Below are positions 36,439-45,540 of a DNA stretch of 64,000 nucleotides, in pieces. Position 1 is the first letter of the stretch; the number at the start of each line of letters is the position of its first letter. Below the pieces are notes generated by a model. It did not search any database. It saw only the letters and a list, made by a program, of their open reading frames with translations, and had not been told where the DNA came from. Made by a program: the position numbers and the translations under genes. Source of the stretch: an uncultured cyanobacterium (GTDB taxonomy: Bacteria > Cyanobacteriota > Cyanobacteriia > Phormidesmidales > Phormidesmidaceae); NCBI GenBank assembly GCA_963793265.1, contig CAWBZI010000001.1, positions 64,001 through 128,000 on the forward strand, read 5' to 3'.

Positions 36439-39306
36439 ATGGTGTCACAAATAGCTAAACAGCTCGTTTCAAAGCTGACTGGAAAAGGTAGAAACAAACA
36501 GCGCACTAACCTTTATCAGGGTTCTCTTGCCAGAGAAGCCTTGACAACGATGACCGTCCGAATCATTGGTGTTGTCGGTATATCAGCGCTCCTGAGCTAT
36601 CTACACTTCGTTTCAAACATAGAGCTTCAAGTTAAGCAGCAGCTAGAAAAATATATTGTTGAGCGCGGCCAAAAAGAAAGCAATCTCTTTTTGCTGGCCG
36701 AAGACAATCACGCTACGCTCAAAGCGGAGTTTCTAGACAGGCTAGCTGCTTCAGAAGGCGAAAACCCATGGTTTGAGTTTACAGATTTGTTTTTTGAAGC
36801 CGACGACGGCACGATGCGTACCTGGCCAGATCTATTTACAAATCCTGAAGCAAAAGGCCCTGATCGACATATCGGTGTAACGGGTGTGATTGGAATTGAA
36901 GCGACCAAATCGCTGGATTTAAAGACACGGCGCGTTACAACGCTAGCTGCTGATATGGTAATGACCTACGGGCCTGCCTGGCGCAATCGGTTTCCTGATC
37001 TCTACATTTCTACGCCCAACAATATCATGCTCATCTATTGGCCAGAAGAGCCATGGGGCGCAGATATTTCACCTGATCTAGACTTCAGCCAAGAAGCGTG
37101 GTCATACACTGCTAACACGACTAACAACGTCACTCGTGAAACCGCCTGGACAGGATCTTATTACGATGTCGGCTCAGACTTTTATATGGTCAGTGCGGCC
37201 ACACCCGTGGACTATCTAGGCGAGCATGTCGTTACTATTGGCAGCGACATATTGCTCAATGATTTGGTCAAGCGCACAATTGACGACAAGCTAGAAGGCA
37301 CCCACAACATCATTTTTCGAGAAGACGGCCGCCTGATTGCGCACCCTGACTTGATGGATAGCATTAAGGCTGAAGACGGATATCTAGAGGTTTCAGATGT
37401 AGAGGGAATCGACCTGGAAAATACGTTTGAGCTTGTAAAAGCAGCTGTTAAAAGCAACAACATTGTCACTTTTAACCGAAACACAAATGAATTCTTAGCG
37501 GTTACTAAAATCCACGGCCCAGACTGGTATTTTGTTACTGCCTATCCTAAATCTTTGCTCTCAGAGTTTGCGATCAAAAGTGCTAGATTTGTTCTCTTAG
37601 CCGGTCTTGCCGCGTTTGCTGTCGAAGTTCTACTGCTATTTTCGGTGCTTAATAAGAAGGTCGCTCAGCCGCTAAACGCGTTGATTAAGGCGAGCGATCG
37701 CGTCGCGGAAGGACACTTTGACGTACAGCTAGACGACCAGCGTCGCGATGAAGTAGGCCGCCTGGCCCATTCGTTTAAGCTGATGGTGAGCCAGCTCCAA
37801 AGCTCTTTCGTGGTGTTAGAGCAGCGGGTGGCAGAACGAACCGCAGAGCTAAAAACGGCAAAAGAAGGGGCCGATAGCGCCAACCGAGCAAAGAGCGAGT
37901 TTTTGGCCAATATGAGCCACGAACTAAGAACGCCGCTCAACGGAATTTTGGGATATGCGCAAATTTTACAGCGCTCTGATAGTCTGAGCGAAAAGGAGCA
38001 AAAGGGCATTGGCATCATCAGCCAGTGCGGCTCTCATCTGCTGAATCTTATCAACGACATTCTCGATCTTTCTAAGATTGAAGCTAGAAAGATGGAGCTT
38101 CATCCCAGCGAGTTTCACTTTCTTTCTTTTTTACATGATGTTGGTGAGATATGCCGCATCAAGGCAGAAGAAAAAGGCGTTCAGTTTGAGTTCTCGCCTG
38201 AGGTAGACCTGCCAGAGGGTATCATCGCGGACGAAAAGCGACTGCGCCAGGTGCTGCTTAATCTATTAGGTAATGCAATTAAATTTACCGACAGCGGCAA
38301 AGTTTCACTGGTTGTTAAATCTCAACCTATCGAAGTAGAAACAGTCACAGATAATAGTGCGCCTTACCTACCCGCCAGACGCTTTCGGTTTCAAGTTGCC
38401 GATACTGGTGTAGGCATGAGTTCTGAGCAGATTGCCAAAGTATTCAATCCCTTTGAACAAGTAGGCAGTGCTCAAAAGCAGGGCGAGGGCACTGGGCTAG
38501 GGCTATCGATTAGTCGCAAGATTGTCTCGTTGATGGGCGGAGAGCTTGAAGCCTCTAGTCAGCCGAATGCTGGCAGTACTTTTTGGTTTGACGTGGTGCT
38601 GCCAGAGGGCAATAACTGGGTAGAAACCGCGCACCGGCAAGCGAAAGGGAAGGTGATTGGATATGAAGGCGATCGCAAGAAAATTCTCGTCATAGATGAC
38701 GGTTGGGAGAACCGTTCTATATTAGTACATCTGTTAGAACCCTTAGGCTTTCAAGTTGTTGAAGCTGAAGATGGCCAGATAGGCTTAGCAAAAGCTGTCA
38801 AAATCCAGCCTGATTTAATCATCACTGACTTAGCGATGCCAGTTATGGACGGACTGACGTTTTTAGAGCAGCTTCGACAGATACCCGAGCTAGCCAAAAC
38901 CAGCGTATTAGTGTCTTCAGCTAGCGTATCGCTCGCCTCCCGGCACAAAAGCTCTCAAGCAGGCAGTGATGATTTTATTCCCAAACCTGTGCAGGCAGAA
39001 GATTTGTTTGCTGCACTAGAAAAGCACTTAGGCGTAGTGTGGCAGTACGAACAGACTCGCAAACCTGAGAGAGAAAAAGAACAGAAAGTAGAAGCTCAGC
39101 TAGTGGCACCAGAGGCAGCGACGCTTTCGCGCTTTCATGCGTTAGCTGGAAGTGGTGATATCTTTGGGCTCTCGGATGAAGCCAGAAAGCTAGCCGCTGC
39201 TCAGCCCGCATTGGCCCCCTTCTGTCAGCACCTCATTAATTTGGCTGATAATTTTGAGATTCCGCCCATTCAGTCGTTTATTGAGCAGTATTGCGATGAG
39301 CTGTGA
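36439..39306 (+). CDS. Membrane hybrid sensor histidine kinase (Cache-like, HAMP, HisKA, HATPase, REC)
   Basis: Two TM segments, WTGSYYD Cache-like motif, FLANMSHELRTPLN, GTGLGL, DLIITDLAMPVMDG. Confidence 0.93.
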   Translation: MVSQIAKQLVSKLTGKGRNKQRTNLYQGSLAREALTTMTVRIIGVVGISALLSYLHFVSNIELQVKQQLEKYIVERGQKESNLFLLAEDNHATLKAEFLDRLAASEGENPWFEFTDLFFEADDGTMRTWPDLFTNPEAKGPDRHIGVTGVIGIEATKSLDLKTRRVTTLAADMVMTYGPAWRNRFPDLYISTPNNIMLIYWPEEPWGADISPDLDFSQEAWSYTANTTNNVTRETAWTGSYYDVGSDFYMVSAATPVDYLGEHVVTIGSDILLNDLVKRTIDDKLEGTHNIIFREDGRLIAHPDLMDSIKAEDGYLEVSDVEGIDLENTFELVKAAVKSNNIVTFNRNTNEFLAVTKIHGPDWYFVTAYPKSLLSEFAIKSARFVLLAGLAAFAVEVLLLFSVLNKKVAQPLNALIKASDRVAEGHFDVQLDDQRRDEVGRLAHSFKLMVSQLQSSFVVLEQRVAERTAELKTAKEGADSANRAKSEFLANMSHELRTPLNGILGYAQILQRSDSLSEKEQKGIGIISQCGSHLLNLINDILDLSKIEARKMELHPSEFHFLSFLHDVGEICRIKAEEKGVQFEFSPEVDLPEGIIADEKRLRQVLLNLLGNAIKFTDSGKVSLVVKSQPIEVETVTDNSAPYLPARRFRFQVADTGVGMSSEQIAKVFNPFEQVGSAQKQGEGTGLGLSISRKIVSLMGGELEASSQPNAGSTFWFDVVLPEGNNWVETAHRQAKGKVIGYEGDRKKILVIDDGWENRSILVHLLEPLGFQVVEAEDGQIGLAKAVKIQPDLIITDLAMPVMDGLTFLEQLRQIPELAKTSVLVSSASVSLASRHKSSQAGSDDFIPKPVQAEDLFAALEKHLGVVWQYEQTRKPEREKEQKVEAQLVAPEAATLSRFHALAGSGDIFGLSDEARKLAAAQPALAPFCQHLINLADNFEIPPIQSFIEQYCDEL

Positions 39307-39388
39307 TGGCTATTTTTGGGGATTCTAAAAAGAGAATGTCACAATTACTGACAGCACCTCGCTAGGCATATGGCGTGTAAAAATTGAT

Positions 39389-40696
39389 TTGGATATTGAG
39401 ATAATGACAGCCAGCGCGCAGTCTTCTGAGTTCGTGTTAATTGTGGATGATATCCCCACAAACATTTCTGTACTGGCACAAACACTGCGTCAGGCAGGGC
39501 TAGCTATCCGAATTGCAAACGATGGTGTCGGCGCGCTAGAACAAATTCATAGAGAGCAGCCAGCGCTCATTTTGTTAGATGTGCAAATGCCGATTATGGA
39601 CGGGTTTGAAACGTGCAGGCGACTTAAAGCCGACGAAAAAACGCGCCATATTCCCATCATTTTCATGACGGCGCTTTCGGATAAAACTAGCCGCTTAAAA
39701 GGGCTTTCTTTGGGCGCTGTTGACTATATCGCGAAGCCTTTTGAACAAGATGAAGTCCTCGCACGCGTAAGAGTGCATCTTCAGCTCAAGCAGCTTACCG
39801 ATAGATTAGAAGAGAAGGTAGAAGAACGCACGCTTGAGCTACAGAACGCTCAGGTTCAGCTTGTTCAGCAAGAGAAGCTAGCGACATTAGGTGAGTTAAT
39901 CGCAGGCGTGGCCCATGAAATTAATAATCCAATGGCCTGTATCACGAACAATATAGACCCGGCTCGTGACTATATTCGTGACCTGACGGATCTGATCGAA
40001 CTGTATAAGGCGCACTACAGCGAACCTGCTAACGAAATCAATCAGCTATTACAGAGTCGAGATATCGATTTTGCTCTAGAAGATTTGCCGAAGCTGTTAG
40101 ATTCTATGCAGCTTAGCACCGAGCGAATTAAAAATATCTCAACCTCTCTGCGCAATTTTGCGCGGGTAGATGTGGATCAAAAAGTGCCCGTTGATCTTCA
40201 TGAGGGACTAGATAGCACGCTGGTGATACTGGGGCATCGGATTAAGGCCGTCGGCGATCGCCCCAGCATCACCATCGTCAAACAATACGGCGCGCTTCCT
40301 GAAGTTCCCTGCTTCCCCTCTTCCATAAACCAGGTATTTATGAATATCTTGGCGAACGCGATAGACGCCCTAGAGGGCATAGCAGAGCCCAGCATTACAA
40401 TCACAACAAAACCAATCGAAAACGACTGGATCGCCATCGAAATTGCAGACAATGGGCCGGGCTTAACCGAAGTGATTAAGCAGCGTTTGTTCGAGCCACT
40501 GTTTACCACTAAACCGATGGGCAAGGGCACCGGACTCGGGCTTTCGATCAGTCGCCAAATTATTATCGATAAGCACCAGGGCCGAATAGAATGCTTTTCA
40601 GAGCCTAATAAGGGCTGTCGGTTTGTGCTAGAGCTGCCCATTGACAAAAACGCCACGTCCAACCCGCTACTTAGTTCACTAGCAGCCTTAGCTTAG
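39389..40696 (+). CDS. REC-HisKA-HATPase hybrid kinase
   Basis: LIVDD, LLDVQMP, AGVAHEINNP, NQVFMNILANA, GKGTGLGL. Confidence 0.92.
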   Translation: MDIEIMTASAQSSEFVLIVDDIPTNISVLAQTLRQAGLAIRIANDGVGALEQIHREQPALILLDVQMPIMDGFETCRRLKADEKTRHIPIIFMTALSDKTSRLKGLSLGAVDYIAKPFEQDEVLARVRVHLQLKQLTDRLEEKVEERTLELQNAQVQLVQQEKLATLGELIAGVAHEINNPMACITNNIDPARDYIRDLTDLIELYKAHYSEPANEINQLLQSRDIDFALEDLPKLLDSMQLSTERIKNISTSLRNFARVDVDQKVPVDLHEGLDSTLVILGHRIKAVGDRPSITIVKQYGALPEVPCFPSSINQVFMNILANAIDALEGIAEPSITITTKPIENDWIAIEIADNGPGLTEVIKQRLFEPLFTTKPMGKGTGLGLSISRQIIIDKHQGRIECFSEPNKGCRFVLELPIDKNATSNPLLSSLAALA

Positions 40697-40765
40697 TGCT
40701 GCTGAGCGCTATATCATAAACTGTGTGAGGAATGCGGCTCTTGTCGGCCACCACTAATAGCACAA

Positions 40766-41320
40766 ATGGACTATACGATTCGCCTAGCTGAAGCGGCTGA
40801 CGTTAGCGAACTACCTGGGATAGAAAAGGCCGCTGCTCAGCAGTTTATGCCGTATCTAGAATGGCTCAAAATTTCAGTAGACGTGTTAGAGGGGCTAGCT
40901 GGCCTGAGCTTTTTGAAGAAAGCTCAGGCGGATGGTCGGCTGTGGGTAGCTGATGTAAACCAGAGAGTAGTAGGCTTTATCGTCGTCAAGCTTTTGACAG
41001 AAGGGTGCTTCATCATAGAGCTAGACGTGCATCCCGACTACGGGCGAATGGGCATCGGCTCAGCGTTGGTTGAAACCTGTTGCCAAGCCGCCCGAACTCA
41101 GGGCTTTGAGAACGTTCTTCTGACCACTTTTCGCAAGGTGCCCTGGAATATTCCGTTCTATCAGCGGTTGGGGTTTGAGATACTACCGGCCCAAGCGTGG
41201 TCGCAGGAGATAGAGGCGATTGTGCGCCACGAAGCACGTTATGGATTTGCCCCTGATAAGCGAGCGGTGATGAGACGGGTTATGCCGCATGATAAAGAAT
41301 TTGGGTTCGTTGCAGAATAG
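40766..41320 (+). CDS. GNAT family N-acetyltransferase
   Basis: ELDVHPDYGRMGIGSAL, LTTFRKVPWNIPFYQRLGF. Confidence 0.9.
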   Translation: MDYTIRLAEAADVSELPGIEKAAAQQFMPYLEWLKISVDVLEGLAGLSFLKKAQADGRLWVADVNQRVVGFIVVKLLTEGCFIIELDVHPDYGRMGIGSALVETCCQAARTQGFENVLLTTFRKVPWNIPFYQRLGFEILPAQAWSQEIEAIVRHEARYGFAPDKRAVMRRVMPHDKEFGFVAE

Positions 41321-41335
41321 GCGTAGCGCGCAGGC

Positions 41336-42307
41336 ATGGTAGGAGCAGTAGACAGCGAGGCGGTTAAAGCGCAGGCAAAAACGTTGGGCTTTGATCTGGT
41401 GGGGATTGCGGCGGTGCCGGTTGAACCATCAGCAGCAGAGAAGTCTGCACAAACTGCGCTGCAAGCCTGGCTAGCTCAAGGATTTCAGGCTGATATGGGA
41501 TGGATGGAAAGCGATCGCCGCCAAAACATCCGGCAGATTATGCCAGCCGCTCAGTCTGTCATCTGTGTAGCCCTTAATTACTACACCGATCATCAAAGGC
41601 CGCAAGGGGCTGAATACGCGAAGATTTCTCGCTATGGCTGGGGCCGTGACTATCACCGCGTATTGACTAAAAAGCTAAAGCAGTTGGCCGCTTGGCTACA
41701 GGCGCAAGGCACTGAGATAGAAGCGCGGCTGTATGCCGATACAGGCCCAGTGCAGGATAAGTTTTGGGCGCAGCAAGCGGGACTCGGCTGGATTGCGAAA
41801 AATGGCAATGTGATTACGCGCCAGTATGGCTCCTGGGTGTTTTTGGGCGAAATTATTACGAACATAGCGCTATCTACCGACTCGCCGCATACGCCGCACT
41901 GCGGGAGCTGCATGCGATGTATCGCTGCTTGTCCTACAAAGGCAATTCGGGCTCCTGGCGTTGTCGATGCCAATCGCTGTATTGCCTACCATACGATTGA
42001 GAATCGGGCTGAGGCGCTGCCGGAGGCGATCGCCCAAAACCTCAATAACTGGGTAGCAGGCTGCGACATTTGCCAGGACGTATGCCCCTGGAACCAGCGC
42101 TTTGCCCAGGCTACGAACGAAGCCGCCTTTGAGCCCTACCCTGAGAACGTCGCCCCGACCCTGGCAGCGCTCTCTACAATCACTGAGGACGAGTGGAATC
42201 GTCGGTTTCCAGCATCCGCGCTGCGTCGAATTAAGCCACCTATGCTCAGACGAAATGCAAAGGCAGCGCTCCTATCTCAGGTAGAATCAAGCACCCCGGA
42301 AGAATGA
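41336..42307 (+). CDS. queG: Epoxyqueuosine reductase
   Basis: ISRYGWGRDYH, DTGPV, CGSCMRCIAACPT, GCDICQDVCPWN. Confidence 0.93.
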   Translation: MVGAVDSEAVKAQAKTLGFDLVGIAAVPVEPSAAEKSAQTALQAWLAQGFQADMGWMESDRRQNIRQIMPAAQSVICVALNYYTDHQRPQGAEYAKISRYGWGRDYHRVLTKKLKQLAAWLQAQGTEIEARLYADTGPVQDKFWAQQAGLGWIAKNGNVITRQYGSWVFLGEIITNIALSTDSPHTPHCGSCMRCIAACPTKAIRAPGVVDANRCIAYHTIENRAEALPEAIAQNLNNWVAGCDICQDVCPWNQRFAQATNEAAFEPYPENVAPTLAALSTITEDEWNRRFPASALRRIKPPMLRRNAKAALLSQVESSTPEE

Positions 42308-42358
42308 TATGGTCGCTGTTACGCGCGAAAGAGAATTTAAAGAGAGGCAGCTTAATAA

Positions 42359-42985
42359 ATGGCAGTTGAAGAGTCCAAAGCTAACAGCGACTTAAAAGAG
42401 AAGACGCTAGCCGCATCTAACCCGCAGACTACCCCGCAGACTGCTTCAGGCATTTGGAGAAAGCTATTTACTGAAAACGCCAGGCTAGTAACGGTGGCGC
42501 TAGCGATCGCTCTCTTTGTCCGCTTTTTCATTGCCGAACCCCGCTACATTCCCTCCCCATCAATGATGCCAACGCTGGCGGTAGGCGATCGCCTACTCGT
42601 CGAAAAAGTATCCTACCGCCTGCATCCGCCCAAGCAAGGCGATATTGTAGTGTTCGAGCCACCGCCGCAGCTACAGGAATACGGCTATTCGGCGAGCCAG
42701 GCATTTATCAAGCGAGTGATTGGCTTGCCGGGGCAGAGTGTGCAGGTGAAGCAAGGGCAGGTTTTGGTAGATGGGCAGGCGATCGCTGAAAGCTATGTTG
42801 CCGAAGCCCCAGCCTACGAGATGCCGCCAGTGCAGATACCTGAGGACAGCCTATTCATGATGGGCGATAACCGCAACGACAGCAACGACTCTCACGTATG
42901 GGGCTTTCTGCCTGAGCAAAATGCCATCGGCAAAGCCGTCTTTCGCTTCTGGCCCCTAGACAAGTTCGGACGTATCGATAGCTAG
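42359..42985 (+). CDS. lepB: Signal peptidase I
   Basis: IPSPSMMPTL, FIKRVIG, MGDNRNDSNDSH. Confidence 0.95.
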   Translation: MAVEESKANSDLKEKTLAASNPQTTPQTASGIWRKLFTENARLVTVALAIALFVRFFIAEPRYIPSPSMMPTLAVGDRLLVEKVSYRLHPPKQGDIVVFEPPPQLQEYGYSASQAFIKRVIGLPGQSVQVKQGQVLVDGQAIAESYVAEAPAYEMPPVQIPEDSLFMMGDNRNDSNDSHVWGFLPEQNAIGKAVFRFWPLDKFGRIDS

Positions 42986-42997
42986 AATCTCAGACAG

Positions 42998-43525
42998 CTA
43001 AAACTTCAGATAGTGCAAAAGTTCAGCCGTCGCTTTAGTCGTTAGCCTGAGTCGCTGCTGAAGATCTGCCAAATCTTTATAGGGGCCTGACTGCCGGTAA
43101 TAGACAATAGCGCGACCCAAAAAAGTATCGACAGTAGGAATAGTCACTAGCGCCTCAATCGTGGCTGTGTTCGCGTCTATAGCAATTGGTTCAAGGCAAC
43201 GCTCAGCGCTGTAATAGAGAAACTGAAGCGCACTGCTCCACGGCTGAATTTGCTGAATCGGGATACTCAAAGCCGCTGCTACATCTTCTAAACAGTTAAA
43301 AGAAAGTCCGTTACCAGTCAGTGCCGTCAAAGTGCGAGCCTGGTGAATAGAGATGCCAGGTAGCCTCAGCCAATCGTCAACAGTCGCCTTATTGGCTTCT
43401 AAGCGAAAGCCCCAGCTAGCGGCAAGCTGAAGCTCTTCAAAGGAGGTAAAGCGGTAGTAAGGCTCTTGCTGCAACCGGCGGCGTAACGGATGAATCTGGG
43501 CTTTGGCCCAAAGCTTTTTGAGCAT
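42998..43525 (-). CDS. ComEA-like helix-hairpin-helix DNA-binding protein
   Basis: ANKATVDDWLRLPGISI and a second IDANTAT HhH unit. Confidence 0.8.
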   Translation of the reverse strand: MLKKLWAKAQIHPLRRRLQQEPYYRFTSFEELQLAASWGFRLEANKATVDDWLRLPGISIHQARTLTALTGNGLSFNCLEDVAAALSIPIQQIQPWSSALQFLYYSAERCLEPIAIDANTATIEALVTIPTVDTFLGRAIVYYRQSGPYKDLADLQQRLRLTTKATAELLHYLKF

Positions 43526-43538
43526 TGAGTTTAAGTCT

Positions 43539-44039
43539 CTAAACCTGTGCTAGTAGCTTACGACGCTTTTGTTCAAACTCGTACTCGGTAATTAGCCCTT
43601 CTTGACGAAGCTGTTCTAGTTCTCTAAGGGCGTTTGCAACCTGAGTTGCTACCTGAGCTGTCGCTGTCGAACTAGCCGCCGAACTAACTGTCAAACTGGC
43701 CGCTGTCGTCCTATCTGTTGAATTGACCTCTGAGCCATCTGTCGAGCTAGTAGCGCTATCAGATAGAGCGGCGGGAAGGCCAACTTCGGGAAAGTGACTT
43801 GTGAAGCTATCGTCGCTTTGGGTGAGATACCAAACGCCTTCTAGGCAGCAGGCGACCTGTGGCAAAAAGGTAGGAGCAAGCACTAGATAAACAATTCCCC
43901 ATAGGTACTGTCTCAGGTAGAACTTGTGGAGCCAGGCTAGCGGTAGAGGAGTAGGGAGGGCTCCGGCAAACGCCAGGGCGATCGCAACTTTACGATTATG
44001 AGTAGCAGACATCAGCGCAGGACAGCCATAAATAGCCAT
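43539..44039 (-). CDS. NINE/TM2 domain + SHOCT domain protein
   Basis: LHKFYL...GIVYL (TM2); ALRELEQLRQEGLITEYEFEQKRRKLL (SHOCT). Confidence 0.82.
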   Translation of the reverse strand: MAIYGCPALMSATHNRKVAIALAFAGALPTPLPLAWLHKFYLRQYLWGIVYLVLAPTFLPQVACCLEGVWYLTQSDDSFTSHFPEVGLPAALSDSATSSTDGSEVNSTDRTTAASLTVSSAASSTATAQVATQVANALRELEQLRQEGLITEYEFEQKRRKLLAQV

Positions 44040-44113
44040 TTATATTGATTGACTGGGCATTTTAGAGGGTAATCGTCTGCATCACGAACCGATTAGTAGA
44101 GCCGCTTTTTTGC

Positions 44114-45067
44114 ATGTCAGAAGCCGAACTTTTTACCGAACTGACAACCCTAGTCGAGATTGATCCCTTTGCACTAATAGGGGTTTCAGTAAGTGCTGAC
44201 GAAAAGCGAATTGCAAAACGATATCGGCATATTGCAAAACAACTCCACCCGGATGCACTCGCTAGCGGCAGCGTCGCTGAGGGAATGAATGCAACCATCG
44301 CAGCGCAGGTGATAGCGCGTATTGTAAACCCCTCTTACCAAAAGCTCAAACACGAAAAAGGTAGGCAGGAATCGCTGACAACTATTCGGTTTAGAGTCAG
44401 GCGTTTGGTGCGTACTGAAAAGCTACTGCCAACGTTTAAGAGTGCTCAGCAGCTTGCTGATATTGATGATGAAAACGTAGACATTTTTTACGAACAGTGG
44501 ATGACGTGGTTCTCAGAGCGTCAGTTCCAATCACTCGATAGTTTGTATACGCGATCGCTAGAAATCAGTCAGCTCAATCTAATCTTTCTCAGTCGCAAGT
44601 TAGAAAACCTCGTCATCAGGCCCAAAAGAGCTGGGCTAATCTCAGCGGCGGTCACACCAACCGCGGCCGTTGCCGCAAAAACCGCTGAGGCTACCGAGTC
44701 CTCAGAAGCAGCTTCACCAGACACCCCTGATATCAACTACGCTCAAAAACATACGTCTAGAGCTAAAACATATCTCACACAGCAGAACTATGAAATGGCT
44801 GTGCAGGAGCTACGTGAGGCCCTAAAAATTTCACCCCAGAACCCAGAAATTCACTCAATGATCGGTCAGGCTTACTACCGTCAAAACCTGTCAGGCATGG
44901 CCAAAACCTACTTTCGCCAGGCGCTCAAGCTCAAGCCCACCCACAAAGTTGCGCTGAAATACAGCAAGCTGCTCGGTATGTCAGGCGAAGAACAGCTCAG
45001 ACCCTCTCCGCAAGCCTCTGAAGACATCCCTAAAAAGCAATGGCTCGGTAAGTTGCTCAGGCGCTAG
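44114..45067 (+). CDS. J-domain + TPR protein
   Basis: DPFALIGV...RYRHIAKQLHPD; C-terminal TPRs. Confidence 0.85.
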   Translation: MSEAELFTELTTLVEIDPFALIGVSVSADEKRIAKRYRHIAKQLHPDALASGSVAEGMNATIAAQVIARIVNPSYQKLKHEKGRQESLTTIRFRVRRLVRTEKLLPTFKSAQQLADIDDENVDIFYEQWMTWFSERQFQSLDSLYTRSLEISQLNLIFLSRKLENLVIRPKRAGLISAAVTPTAAVAAKTAEATESSEAASPDTPDINYAQKHTSRAKTYLTQQNYEMAVQELREALKISPQNPEIHSMIGQAYYRQNLSGMAKTYFRQALKLKPTHKVALKYSKLLGMSGEEQLRPSPQASEDIPKKQWLGKLLRR

Positions 45068-45210
45068 CATGAGTGGGGATATCCACCTTGGCGAGTGGGC
45101 TGTTAACTTTTACGCTATAGCTATCAAGTACACGTTAAAAACGCGCCTGCCCACTGCCTTAACAGCAGAGCTACAGGCGTACCCTTGGAGCGGTAAGAGC
45201 GGTAAAAATC

Positions 45211-45531
45211 ATGGGAATGTTTGACTCAGACCTAGTGCAGCAAGAAGCACAGCAGCTATTTCAGGACTACCAGTCCTTGATGCAGCTAGGCGGTAACTAC
45301 GGCAAGTTTGACTCGAAAGGTAAAAAGATCTTTATCGAGCAAATGGAATCGGTCATGGAGCGCTACAAAATTTTTATGAAGCGCTTTGAGCTATCAGAAG
45401 ACTTCATGGCCAAGATGACCATAGAGCAGCTAAAAACGCAGCTCAGTCAGTTCGGCACTAATCCTCAGCAGATGTTTGATCAGATGAATCAAACGTTAGA
45501 AAGAATGAAAGCCGAAGTCAAAGAAGACTAG
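45211..45531 (+). CDS. DUF1825 family protein
   Basis: FDSDLVQQEA, YGKFD..GKK, RYKIFMKRFELSEDF. Confidence 0.85.
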   Translation: MGMFDSDLVQQEAQQLFQDYQSLMQLGGNYGKFDSKGKKIFIEQMESVMERYKIFMKRFELSEDFMAKMTIEQLKTQLSQFGTNPQQMFDQMNQTLERMKAEVKED

Positions 45532-45540
45532 CGGGTAAAG

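Noticed and set aside
45188..45206. GAGCGGTAA x2 upstream of DUF1825
   Set aside because: Only two short copies and no supporting context.
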